Assembly: GCA_051294905.1 (NCBI GenBank)
Contig: CM119380.1
Location: forward strand, 9,982,001-10,046,000
Length of the DNA stretch: 64,000 bases
Source of the DNA: Botryllus schlosseri
Taxonomy: Eukaryota
Direction of reading: 5' to 3'
The position numbers and the translations under genes are program-made. Below, piece by piece: positions 13,133-25,931 of the stretch (its first letter is position 1; each line of letters begins with the position of its first letter). The notes under the pieces were generated by a model, which did not search any database, had not been told where the DNA came from, and was given only the letters and a program-made list of their open reading frames with translations.

Positions 13133-13237
13133 GTATGCACGCCGTGGAGGCGGAATTCGGAAAAAATCCGGCTTTGCATCTGCAGCTTCCAGTGATAATC
13201 TGCCATTCCCCGGTACTGCCGCAGTAGTACGTCGGCA
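13133..13237 (-). CDS. Eph: Eph receptor exon 6 (sushi-like domain)
   Basis: atacag| VPTYYCGSTGEWQIITGSCRCKAGFFPNSASTACI |gtgagt. Confidence 0.94.
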
Positions 13238-13890
13238 CTGTATGCAAAAAAGCAGAAGATAAACGAGCGTGAAACAATCCCATCACTCTGTATAAGCACG
13301 TTTTCAATGGCGCATTCAGCAGCATACAGAATGTCGCAACCATATAAAAATTACGCTTTGGCATTGCCACAATCCCAATATCAAAGGTAATCAAATTATC
13401 CACTTTTTCCACTCAAGTAGAACAAAAACCAATGCCGTGAATTCCTACTCGATTACAAGCGACAGTCGCGATTTTCAAGACGTAACAAAAGCACTTCAAG
13501 TACAAATATCAATTGAAAGGTCTCAAAAGTACTCCAAGTAGTTTCGAAAAGCAGGTTGGGTCGAAAGTTCGCATAATTTCGGCACTTCGATCAGTTGGGG
13601 CCATACTCAAAATAGCAAGATACATCTTCGCGACTAACTCAAAATGACTCAGGTAATTAATTTATTTGTTCACCAGTTACTGTTCACTTATCCCAAATAT
13701 ATTTTCTACTTTTAAAATCCAAAGTGAAAATGTTACTGGTAACTGGTCAAGTAGAAGTGGGCGTTGTTCTAAAACATGACCATTCATAGTACTGCAAGTA
13801 GGCTAAGCCTATTTCAGTACTTCGAAAACGTGAAATTACTGCGATGACGACCACATCTGCACCGTATAGAGTCAAAACATCTCCACCAAC

Positions 13891-14090
13891 CTTTATCGCT
13901 ATTCGCCTCTGCGTTTCCAATGCAAGTTCCCGGCACCTTCACCAAGGAGGCCGCCTTCTTCCCGGTCATGGTTTCCGCGAAGCTGGCCAGCGAATGAATA
14001 GTCTCCGTGCAGTAATAATAGTACGCCCGCAAGCTAACGAGAGACATGCACGCGCCCTGATCGCGGGCGGCGATGTAGATGCCGCCGGTT
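13891..14090 (-). CDS. Eph: Eph receptor exon 5 (LBD end / sushi-like start)
   Basis: ttacag| TGGIYIAARDQGACMSLVSLRAYYYYC...VKVPGTCIGNAEANSDK |gttggt. Confidence 0.93.
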
Positions 14091-14939
14091 CTGTAACAAG
14101 GCCAAATTATGATAATAAAGCGGCGAGGCAGGAAAATACACGATTCGAAACGCGTTTAATTGGAGCTTATTCCTGTAAAATCACTGGATCGACCGCCAAT
14201 CGACGCGTACCAATGGTAATTGCATAGCGCGCAAGTTTCGGAGGTTAATTTTACCTCAATCGCGATCGGAACCCTGAGCACTTACGCCGGCCTAATTTCA
14301 TGATTAAAGCTTCTAAGATTAGGAGTTTTCGAAGTTCTGAACGGAATTAGATGGGAAACAGAAAAGGCCTGTTCCCAGTTGGACATCGCCAAATCTTCAT
14401 ACTCAAGACGACGGCCAGGCGTCGTACAGATTACCCTGTTGGAGTCGGCTTGTTAAAAATGCATGGAGGGCAGTTGTCTCGCATTGTGGAAGACCTACGC
14501 CGCCTTAAAATAGCGCATACGAAACGCCCCGCTGAGATTAAGATTTTTCCCAACCAATTAGCCACAAGTAAGGCGCTAATCCTGTAGGTACAGTATCCGG
14601 TTGGTATCCGGAAGATCGCATTGCAAAATCCTTTTAGCTTAACCCTAATCCGTTTTATGCAGCCGGATTCACTACCGAAGTCCGTAATACACACATTCAA
14701 AGCATATAAATACAGGTCGTCTTAGCATCAAATGGTCGATGCGAAACTTGAAGTTATAAAGTCGGATAGACCTGATTTTGATGAATGTTTTGCCGCGGAC
14801 GTTGAGCAGTTAATGGATCTCTGACTCAATAAAAACTCTTCAGAGTTCAATAATTACGCTACGATTACGAATATGTGTACCGTCTTAGACGCGGTAGTCT
14901 AATATATCACCACTGTCATCGATCAAAAGAGATGCGTAC

Positions 14940-15179
14940 TTTTTCAGCCCTTCGATAGTAAACGTCTTCTTATTGACGATGGTGTTTGAGTTGGCGGCCA
15001 CCGTGTCGATCTTGAAGTATGACCTTTCCTGCCAAGGCGGAAACGTGCTGGAAGCCACGTCCCGCTCGCTCCAGTAATAAAACAGGTTGAAAGTCTGACG
15101 GCATCGGTCCATGTTCACCTCGTCCCAGTCGCATTTCGTTATCGAGAATTCAATGTCGATGTTGATGCGAGACGCCCCG
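14940..15179 (-). CDS. Eph: Eph receptor exon 4 (LBD)
   Basis: tttag| HGASRINIDIEFSITKC...CRQTFNLFYY...FKIDTVAA...GLK |gtacgc, phase 2 to phase 2. Confidence 0.93.
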
Positions 15180-15604
15180 CTAAAAGGTATAAGGTGATAA
15201 AACATACATCTTTTAACAACGTAAAAACCCGAGAGGTTGACATTTTTGACGGTAGCACTTTCACACAGAAATCTTACACCCTAATCCTACACATCTAATT
15301 GGCCACCAGCTTGTAAATAATACCAGCAGTCAATCGGCTCAAGCCAATTAATGAATTATTAAAGGCAGATGTTCTATGTGCTATATAATATGCGATATCC
15401 GGAACTCAAACACTATATACATGGTCAAATAGTTTGATATATAGGTCGACATGAGGCATTTCCTAGAGACAATTTACAAAGTGTGAAAAGGTCGTTATGC
15501 AACGGTATTTTATGATTGAAAAAAAAAAACACTTTTGTGATATATATCAGGTGATACTGAGCAGTAAATATGCATGACAGATGCACGTAACAAAACCAAC
15601 TTAC

Positions 15605-15720
15605 TGTGTACTTATAAAAGGCGATCGCAACCAGTTATTACTGTCCCTTTGTCCGACTTTGCATACTTGGTAAGACCGTATTAAATTGTTGTCGCTGTCG
15701 AAGTTACTGACCTCTTCCCA
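15605..15720 (-). CDS. Eph: Eph receptor exon 3 (LBD)
   Basis: tttcag| WEEVSNFDSDNNLIRSYQVCKVGQRDSNNWLRSPFIST |gtaagt. This carries the classic Eph WEEVS...RTYQVC...NNWLR motif. It is absent from the ORF track. Confidence 0.95.
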
Positions 15721-16114
15721 CTGAAATAACGAAATTGTTACTCAACGAGACACTAATTAAGAAGTAATCGTAACATGCATATAGCGATCACAGGCTTTCC
15801 GCGAGTCGCACTTGAAGCCTTTCCCAACTAATCTCAATAGAACACAGGATTTCGCACGACCCACATGTCTTCAAATGACCCGTATGAAGATTAGATTCAA
15901 ACGACACCGCTGCTATGTATATACCCGGAAAGATAAACGTTGCATGTCAATTTTGTAGTGCCGTGATGGTTGAGATTGTTTGACTGCGAATAAACAACTA
16001 TTGGGACTCAAATACTGCGCTGCATTCAACTTAGAGAGAGACCATCAATTCATCATCAATCTGTAACCAGCTGCGACGCGTTGTTGCGTTGTTTGGAGAT
16101 AAAATGCAACTTAC

Positions 16115-16179
16115 CGAATCTCTAGGTTCAACAGTCCATCTCAGGTCGCTTGTAGCGATTTTCGTGTTGTACAAGTCGT
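16115..16179 (-). CDS. Eph: Eph receptor exon 2 (start of ligand-binding domain)
   Basis: cag| acceptor, then YDLYNTKIATSDLRWTVEPRDS, then |gtaagt. It is 65 nt and matches the Eph 'LLDT..ATSELGW' motif. Confidence 0.92.
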
Positions 16180-17742
16180 CTGTTATGGAGAACGGAAATA
16201 TTACAAGTCTGCATTCAACTTGAAATTGCGTTTCGTAAATACAACTCGCGAAAGTGGTGCGCAAATCCGACGCCCCCGAGGGCGCAAAGCAATTTCGCAG
16301 AGAATGTCTGGTTATTATCGGAGTTATGGTCGATTCGCAGCGTATGGGAGATTACCAGACCGCAACTAATGTAGCCTTTCTTAATAAATGGAAATCGATT
16401 AATCGGGATAAAACAAGTCTTAATTGCGGAATCGGATGCTAGTCCTACGGCACGAATCGGCACTGCGCACGGTAAACTTGACCCGACAAGTCTGAAGTAC
16501 ACCCCGTATTTGGTTATCTTTACCACTTCCGCCGCGTAATGATAGCTTTTACACTATTAGAAAATCATACTCAACGACATCTTTGGTGCAATGTATGTCA
16601 TATGAATCATGCATATCTTATCTAAATCGTGGATACTAAACTTTCAGGATGCTATAATACTTATTGGCGGTAGTTGAACCAATTCGCGGTCTGGGAAGAA
16701 AGTTACAACTTGGGAACAGTCTGGTAATTAGCGGAGACGTGTATGGTGAAAGTTGGTGGTCGACCGTATTCCGTCATACTCCAAAACCATAAGCCGTGGA
16801 ATGTGGAGGTTTCCAACCTCCAATTTATGGTTGGGTACTTTACAGGACGATTACTTAACTCAACTCGTATGACATCATAAAGCTAATCAAAATGTACGCT
16901 AATGTAGGCGCTACCGTCGAGCGCGCGCGGCTTAACTTTAATCTTCCATTTTCCAATATTTCCCAAGATTTGAGAAGGAAATTGACATTTATTATACGTA
17001 CCAGGTCTTGACGCTGGGAATCTAATTTACGCGTATTATACCCCGGATTAAACACTAATGACTCGCTCTATTTATCCGTATTAATTCATCTACTGCCATT
17101 TTGGAGCGTGCTACGAAGAGGAAGCTGGATCGGGCACTTTATATTTTCCACATCGCGAACGAAAACGGACTTTCTCCGCGCGTTGACTCTTGAATTACGC
17201 AGATACGCGCAAATATTTGCTCAGCGATGCCCTTCTGAGCAAATTTTGGCTTTTCAAACAGTATCATGGACCCCTGACTTGGTTAATGGTAGGGGCAGTC
17301 AGCAAATTACATTAACTATAATATCGCAGTATCTCATGCTGAGTGTCGACGCTGACGCAACTCGTATCTTCGTAACGATCTCGACGTGGTAAATCCGAAA
17401 TTCTATGTTTAGAGTAAGCGAGGGCGGAATGACTCAACTTTAGAGCTTGGTATCGTGAAGTTTCCAGGGTAGTGTGGTACTAACAAATTTCAGTTCGCTA
17501 GATTGCCAATCATGCAATTAGAGATCGACACGCCGAGTACTAGTTCACGACCTTATTACGCGCCGTAATCAGACACGTACAAACACGTCCGATGGAAAAT
17601 AGGTACTACAGCCAAATTCCAAGTTCAAAACTGCCGATTTTCAATCACATCGAAAATCACAAGCATCAATCGCATAAATAGCTTAAATAACAGTTACATA
17701 TGTGGCGGGTTGATATCTCGAGTTCGAGAATAACCTCGGGTG

Positions 17743-18541
17743 TAGGGCTGGGCAAAATCGAGTACCTGAGTGATTCGATTCTGAATCACGTATTACGCTT
17801 CGAGTCGAGTCGAGTATTCGAGTATCACTCATTATGACGTCACATCAGAATATAGTGGCGAGATAGCGTAGCAATATAATCCACAGCTGCAGCACCAATG
17901 GGTTGTGGGTTCGAGTCCGACCAAGTTCGGCTCCGAAATTCCGACCTAAGTGTTGGAGGTTTAACTAGGCTCGGCCTCGCCATCTCATCCGCGTAAGCGG
18001 TGTCTTATAAAAGCGTAGAAGTGGGCCTTGCTACACGCCGGCAGCTACGGAATAAAAATGAAGAAAATCGGCATGGTGTAAATGACCATAGTAGTCGACT
18101 CACACCATGAATATCTCAAAAAAAAAAAAAACAATCAAATGTACTATGTCAAAGTTCAAATATGTACCATTTATGCCACCACAAAGAATATAATGCCTGT
18201 TATCCGTCACATTAGATACTTTGGTATTTTTCGACCATACCGATTCCATTGCACTTCTTGACAACGTTGTGGGATGATCATGACTTCGGAACTGTGTTAT
18301 TTCCAGTAACATTCGTAGCTTTGTACTGTCTCGTATGCTAAGACACGGCATATCAGGGTTTCAAGTCTTCCTCGGAGGAAAATAGCATAAAAACTATAAT
18401 TATCGTTAGTAAATTAATTTTCAGTTGCGAGAAGCGTATAATTTCAGTACTCGAAAAAATCGTCTTTTACTACTCGACTCGAATCATTCAAATTAATACT
18501 CGATTCAGATTCGAGTACTCGAATCATTGTGCCCAGCCCTA
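17743..18541. mobile_element. hAT-type MITE in Eph intron 1, with nested SINE
   Basis: TIRs tagggctgggca / tgcccagcccta, a perfect 8-bp TSD ctcgggtg, and subterminal gagtc/tactcga repeats. Confidence 0.9.
17855..18131 (+). mobile_element. tRNA-derived SINE (nested in MITE)
   Basis: A-box-like gtggcgagatag, B box ggttcgagtcc, shared body (ctcatccg...aagcggtgtc...agaagtgggcc) and a 14-nt poly(A) tail. Confidence 0.85.
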
Positions 18542-18686
18542 CTCGGGTGTTAAAGCGATAATTCGCGGAGAATATAACATACGTTTGTAGCGGCGGTAGA
18601 AAAGAATGGAGTGATTTCACAAAATTCAGAAAGTCTTTGCAGTGAAAATGGACGATTTTGAAACTTCAATGATTCTAAGTACTCAC

Positions 18687-18768
18687 ATATAGCTCCATCG
18701 ACGGTTAGCAGAGATATCCACATAAAAATCACAGTGTTCATAATCCGGAGGTTGGTGCACACACCCAT
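18687..18768 (-). CDS. Eph: Eph receptor coding exon 1 (signal peptide)
   Basis: ATG at 18768 gives MGVCTNLRIMNTVIFMWISLLTVDGAI, a hydrophobic signal peptide. It ends at a phase-1 donor T|gtgagt that joins exon 2 in frame. A second in-frame ATG (MNTVIF) could be the true start. Confidence 0.8.
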
Positions 18769-19574
18769 ATCCCTCACAATTCCGTGTCGTATTTCTAATA
18801 AATGTTATTCTATCAAACCATTCATGTGATGCCTAAAGTTAAAATATAGTTGAAAAGTACCGTAGTTGTTAGTAACTCGGTAATAGTAGGCTATATCTCT
18901 CACAAAACCTAGCTTGGCTCTGACGCTCATAACAACGATTCTAGTTAAATATTTCCTCGTCTGAAATGACTATCTGATGCGCTATGACAATTCCATTACA
19001 TTGCATTACGCAACACACTTGCGAAATACACTCTCACCCTCATAAGACATAACCTCCTACGCTCGGATTAGTGATCGTAGAATGATCGCGTAACGATAGA
19101 GCGTTTACAATACGTCGCCGTGCCTTTCTTCGCGCTCTCTCGTTTCAAGTCCGAGAAAAGAGCCGAACTGTGCTTTTATCCCAACCAGGAGTTTGTGTAG
19201 TTCAAGAGTTTCCGTAGTTCATCAATTCGGAATTCCCAACATTTCGTAATTCCACAGTCGCGGTATGACTTTGTATACCAACTGACACAGAACACCTCAC
19301 TATATTAACTCTGCCCTGTATCATACGTACGGTATTACACCATTACCATCGCGACAACCTATTGTTTTCAGAAAGTAACCTAGATGTTACATTATGATAG
19401 ACGTTCTAATGCTGTAAATAGCGCCGTAACACATTACAAAAGGGTACTTACGACACAGCCAATTAACATGTCACTTGAAACATTTCCGATAGGAGAATTA
19501 TAGGGGTACAAATTGCGCCTTCCGGATGCTAATTGAGACCACCTACGTCGGACGCGAAAAGTATAATATCGTAT

Positions 19575-19790
19575 GTAGTTGGTGGCTTAGTGTGATACAA
19601 GAAGATACGCAGGTTAATCTAGGCTCCTCCTCGACATCTCATCCGTGTAAGCGGTGTCATTTAAAAGCCTAGAAGTGGGCCGCGTTACAGGTCGGCAGAT
19701 ACGGATTTATAAAAAAAAATTGACCTCGTATAACTGACCATAGTGGTCGACAACACCATTAATACCACAAACAACAACAACAAGAAGAAG
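19575..19790 (+). mobile_element. SINE copy (internally deleted head)
   Basis: Body and 3' end align with 17855-18131, ending in a (CAA)n tail. Confidence 0.8.
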
Positions 19791-21851
19791 ATATGCATTC
19801 ACACACTGTGATAGAAATTCGTGACCGGTTCGAAAGTACATCCGGGGCCTACGATAAGTTATCATAGGCGCCGCTACATCACCAGAAAGGGTGATTAAAG
19901 GAACTAAATATCATTTACTAGACGCCATGAATATCGTAATCACACTACGAATTCTATACGGTAGCGAGATGTAAAGTACGTGATCTAGTTAGGAGAACAT
20001 AATGTGTGACAATACCCTCGAATACACACTAAAAGCCAACGCACAACGGTCACTACAAAGCATACCACGCACCGATATTGTAAACTCAGCTACATCAATT
20101 ATGCTTTTACGCAGTAAAGCGTACGCCGTTTGCCGAGTAAACAAGAGCGCGAGCTGCGCAAAACAGTCGCGAATCGCGTGGCTTCAATGGGAAAACCTCA
20201 CACAAAAACCAACTGGTTAGATCTGTAACAGATAACAATTTTGCGGCCTGATCGAAACCGTACCTGCCCATTAGCGAATAAGCTGGCCGAATTACGGTTG
20301 AAGTGGCTTGCTGATGCGCGGCTTTTGCGAAACCCTGAGCTAATTTCCACGCATTTGCCCGATACCTTGCTCTGAAAATATCCCTTGTAGTTTCATGCTA
20401 ATTTTTAATTTTCTCGATAGCTTACAGGCTACTGCGTGTAGTCATTACAAAGGCAGACACGCATACATGTTCTTTGGCCTTTATTAGCCTACTATATTAG
20501 TTGGTCTACATCTTGATTGACACCAAGTCGCTTCGAATCGTCTCTTTCTTATGATTGCATCACAATTCTTCTGGTATTTTTGATGCATAAAATTACTAAT
20601 AGATTCCGATTCTGAACATACATGCGGTCGATATATGACAACAAGTTGCCTCTACTTTATGAATTCGCAGCGCATTCAGTACTCTACAAACTTGACTTTT
20701 ACACCTTTACGCGTCTACGCTCTCAGACAATATCCCCTGAATAATGAACGTGCTGATTAGTAAATGTCGCGCGTTAGTGTTAGTGTTGATCCTGCATCGT
20801 TCAGAAAAAGCCTCGCGGCGCTGTCTTATGACGAGCCGTGTACGGCGACTGCACCATGAAACCGCGTGTGTCGGTTCGTGCCGGCGCGTATAGTTTTGAG
20901 ATACTCTGATACGCCCGGGATGAAGTTTTATACCATTGTACAACGAAAAGACAAACAAAGCCTTTCAACAGTGGAAGCGACTTATCTTTCGCACGTTCCC
21001 GGCTAGAGGATCGCGGTAGGTAGACACACAATAGCTACGATGTTACCTCTGATAACAGCGCGTCAATGTGCTGTGCATTTTGCAATCGCATGATAAAGTG
21101 CCATATTTGCGTACTCGCCCTGGCTCGTGTCAACACTCGACCCGTTTGCAAAGAGCTTGCTTAGTGTAGGATTAAAGATAAGCTTTGGATACGTATACTA
21201 AAATCAAGGTGGCAGCTACGTTTGTTTTTTATTGCATGACTTTTTTATCACGACAACAGGGAATGTGCAAGGCTAATGCAAACATTGTTGCTGATAGCTC
21301 TGCTACTGATAACTGTGTAGTGTGTACAGTGTACACGTTTTCTAAATGTGTTAGCATAACTGCCTGAGATTCGAGCTTTCCTCACATTGGTTCAATCTGA
21401 GTCGGCCGGCCGAGAAAGTATCACACTGAGGGGGTTGCCTCGTTTGAGACTGCATTGCGTATTGGTCTTTTCTGTCAAAGTGAGAATGCTTAATGCAGTC
21501 TGTTAACAACTTTCAATACTAGGCTGCAAAGAATTAATCCCCTACTCAAGATTATGCAAATATATCATGGCTCTGGATTTATCGCAGGTTACTCGTACAC
21601 TGTTGAAGGCATCAGATCAAGGGATGCTCAGGAAAATAACCGCAATTCCGATTCATGCCAAGAGTCTATCGCAGTGGTTCTCAACCTTTTCCCACCCACG
21701 TACCATCTCGAGGTTTTACGCGGTGCTCGCGTACCACCTACGTAAGCTACACACGCCGAGGCGGTCAAAAATATTTCCAGCGTGTTGAGCTGCCGAAGGC
21801 ACCGAAATAGATAATAAACCACCCATTTTTAGGCGCAGTCAGGACCGTAAC

Positions 21852-22024
21852 AGCATTGTCAGAGTGAAGCAACACGGTGTGTCACCAGCAGTGTACGCAC
21901 AACTTCAGTGTTGTCGGCCAACAACTGCTGCTGTTGAACGTTCTTTCTTCGTTCTGGGCAAGCTAGGAAGGACAGACACGAGATTGTAGGAAAGTATCTT
22001 TCGTTGTACCACAACAGATTTTAA
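21852..22024 (+). pseudogene. Fossil hAT transposase C-terminal (dimerisation-region) fragment
   Basis: Translates as IVRVKQHGVSPAVYAQLQCCRPTTAAVERSFFVLGKL, then a frameshift to KYLSLYHNRF*. The P..A.VERSFS-type motif is hAT-like. A Charlie-like terminus (aaagtttaccgacccctg) lies downstream at 22443-22460. Confidence 0.65.
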
Positions 22025-23770
22025 TTTTTACTACCATAATACGCGATGTAACTATACTGGAATTCTTCACAGTGCCAGATTTCGTTAAAATCAAATTTTT
22101 TCATGAACAAATTTGTCAGTTTTTGCGTTGAAAAAGTTTTTTTCAGGCCGAACTATACTTCGTAAGGACAGACAGTTCGAACTAGAAATCATGATAATTA
22201 GTACAATTCTAACATTATGTGGGGACAACACCTAATTTGTATACGTTAGGTCAAAATTTGGTAAAAATTAAGTTCTTTAAGGTAAAAAATGTCAAAAGTT
22301 TGATTTTTAGGTGGTCAAAATCTTCCGTTTTTTTAGGTAAAAAAGTTGCCCTAATTATAAATATAGTTATAATTATAATCAAATAACAATATTGAATTTT
22401 GTGGTAGTATCCCCCTTTTATATAGTGCGGCCAGCGAGCTAAAAAGTTTACCGACCCCTGCTTCAGAAACTGGACTGTTGCCCGGTAAACAACCGACGGG
22501 TTTCATCCCATGCAAAGAGCCTATATACCTACGTCCTACATGCCTTCTATACTGTCGTTCTCGTTAATTATCAAGACCAAGTCACCAACAGGTGCAATTC
22601 CGTGAGAAATTCCGCCTTGCAAACACCCTGCTCTCAGTCGTATTTCACATCAAAGAATTAATCTGACGTAGAATAGGCTCGAGACGAACCGTGCTTCGCC
22701 TCGCCCATCAACGGCAATAAAACGGGAATCGCGGAACATCACGTTCGCAAGCTGGGATGGCGAATATGAATCGGCCATCGCCGTAAATCACAATGGCGGA
22801 TCTGTTTGGTTCGGAAATGAGAGCAAACGGTGTCTACCGGCTAATACTCTCGAGCGGGATTTTATGATTTTGAAGGTGTATGACCCGTCGTTTTACGAGA
22901 GCATGGGTTTTGACAGCGATTTACCGTTTCATATTGCCTTCATTGTCAAGTATAAGATGACATGATATTCGTACCTACCGCATATGGGTCACTTCCTACT
23001 TTTCCTCTTACATACACCCCAAAGTCAGTTGGATTTCTGTGAGGATAGGACATCGCCAATGATTGACGTGATCTAAAAATTGTGAAGTTAACCGCTATTA
23101 CCATATTTATGCAAGCGCTCGGAATCGTATGTAGGATATTCGTAAATTAATCACCACAGCATTGCTTTTGTCCCATCATGTTTCCCCGCTGGTTGGATGT
23201 TTCGAAGGTAATGCTGGTGCTTGTGATTGCTGACATCGCCGGAAAACAATGTTTCAAGCAGGAGTTTTAAGACCAGAGGCATTAATTTGTTGAAAATTAA
23301 TTTGGTGGGAATAATTCGGAAAATGTGTATTCCCTCAACTAGAATATACGCCCATTGAGATTATGTCGCTAAAATGCGATGAATTCTCACTGGGCTCTGG
23401 CAGTATAGTATGCCAACTATAGACAAATTCGATATTTGCGCAACTAACGCTATAACTATAGATAACTGGCCTACGGAGCTAATGGAGGTTAGTTATCTAT
23501 GTATATTACAACACTGTATTACGCGCCCACGCATACGCACACGCATTGTAAACAAATTTTGTCCAATCAAACAGCCGTACGTTCGAACGCAAAAAATTTC
23601 TATATAGAGTTCGTGTGCATACCGTAGCGCTTCCAATTCCCTCTCGGACTTCATCTCCCGATGTCTGTATTATTATGTATTATATTGACCATCTTTTGTG
23701 TCCATGGCTTAGCAACGAATATTTTTTCGTGACCCCGTTGGATTCGCCACCCACCGTTTAAAAAAGCTCT

Positions 23771-23950
23771 GCATTATATCATGCGACGGAATCTGTATGA
23801 CAGCTATACATTTCATGGCGATTTAGCATGCATTGCCAGAAAAAGGCGACCGCAAATCACGTGACGCTCTAACGCCAAAACGAATCCCAACACTAACATT
23901 TCCCAAAACCCATCCCTAATTCAACCAAAACCTGAATTTAGCCCACATAC
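23771..23950 (-). mobile_element. Partial third copy of the GGTTAG-core family
   Basis: The reverse complement aligns by eye to 59210-59380 (gggc.aa.ttcagg...ttaggg...gcatgctaaa...gtcgcatg). Confidence 0.5.
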
Positions 23951-24967
23951 TTTAACGTCGTATGCTCAAAAGCCCAGCGGTCCAGTGACCAATTTGCACG
24001 TTGTATTTAAGGCAAATTTCAATGATACGTCTTATATAGAGTGTGTTTCGAATGTCTGCTCGATATTCAGTCTGTCTTTGATCAGAGTCATATATAGACT
24101 GAGTGCAGATGGCAACATTTTCGCGAAAACCAATAACCTACTGGCCAAGATTAGCCACGAATTATAGTCCGAAATCCAGCGACTTTTGCATTTCTTTTGA
24201 CAATTCATTAAATATTTATGTCTCCTAATTCCACGTTAGGCAAATAGGTATATATAGTATCGACTACACGGAAAGGTGCGAACGCAGGATGTAATTTTCG
24301 CCTAATAAAACGAGCTCGTAGAGTGTGCAAATTCCACTCCACCTATATGGCAGCCTTTGATTATGTTTTTTCAATGGAGCGAGTTTGTAATACTTGGAAT
24401 GCGACGGAACAATAGATTGTGTACACAGCGCAGACTCATAAAAGTACGTCAAACACAGAGCGCAGGCGCGGTTACGTCCTATTATCAGGGAAGGAACTAT
24501 GGAGTCCACATTAGCACGTCTGCCAAAACGATTACTATACTTTGCCCCTATATACAATGTACATCGTACAATGTAAATGTGTTGCTGCAGATAGAGCAAA
24601 CGTGCAATAACATGCATCAAGGATCGGTCCCACATTCCATGCATACGACAGGCTCTACAGACAATCGTAAACGTCGCGTTTAGGTAATTCATTGTCGTCA
24701 TCTGACTCTGTTCTGTCTATATCAATGATTCCCAAGCTTTACCTAGCAACGTACTGCTAACAAAAAATTTTCAAGCTCACCGACTATACATTTCTTAAAT
24801 TTCACGCTAACCAATAATTTTGGAAAACCATCCATTGAACAACAATCTCGAACAAAAACAATAGAATCTTGAAAGGTTTAGATCAGGGTTTTTTAAAGAT
24901 ACCTTGCTCTATAAGACATTCAACCGAATTACTGATGGCTTGCTATCTGACAGACTTGACTGTCTAG

Positions 24968-25931
24968 TAGGGATGGTGTGGTGTGGACGTGAGGTTCACG
25001 TTCGCGTTCTGTGTGTGGACCTCAGAAGTTTAGATGTTCACGTTCACAAACGAACCTTGATAGGTTCTGCACTGTGAAGCTTTTTCATACATTACAATTT
25101 TCACGTCATTATAACATCTTTGGTTGAGATTTACTGCATTTTACCTGCGGATAACTCTATGCATGGCGCTGTCAGCATAAAAAAATCAACACTAAACGAA
25201 CATGCACCTTGACAATCTCAAAAATTTTACTCGCTTTGTTACAAAATCCAGCTTTCCGTTTGTGAACATTTAGTCTCTCTGCTGTGAACTTCACCCCCAA
25301 TCACACAACATCCAGATCGAAATATGCTACCTGCATAGGTACAGTCAGCGAATGATGACTATTCAACCTATCAATGAAATTGATATCGTTGTCTTATGTA
25401 GAAAATCTAGTAACCGTACGGGGTCCACCTCGATTTCATATACTTATTATATAATAAAAACCAAATCCGTGCGATTGAAGTGCTGGCTACTGCTGTATAA
25501 TGGGGTAATATCGGTGGCAAAGATAGAAACCCGTTTTACACTCTGCTCAATATCAACGTAGCAAAACTTCGACGCCCGATACCTTGTCCGGTCTCGCCTA
25601 GACCGCTAAGGCGTAAGTTTATAATCCCTCGTCAAAATCGTTGGAAAAGTGACGAAATATATTGATTTTAATGGGATTATTATACCATTTGATTGCCCCA
25701 GTTGATACATTTGGCGACGTTTAAAAAGTCAGTATGCAGCCTACCTGGCAGAAACGTCGCTCGGTATCGTGTACTGTACATTAATATATCACTTCACTGA
25801 AATGTAGGGTTGGAATTAGCAATATGACGTCACGTGACGTCATGAGGTTCACGTTCGCGTTCACACAGAACCTTTGAAAAAGGTTCGCGTTCACACGAAC
25901 CTGAACCTTTCAGAGGTTCACACCATCCTTA
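24968..25931 (+). mobile_element. hAT-type MITE copy A
   Basis: TIRs tagggatggtgtg / cacaccatcctta, an 8-bp TSD ctgtctag/gtgtctag (1 mismatch), and subterminal ggttcacgttc repeats. Confidence 0.9.

Noticed and set aside
24264-24701. Overlapping 145-aa and 108-aa ORFs
   Set aside because: They have no recognisable motifs or coding-like composition and no splice context.
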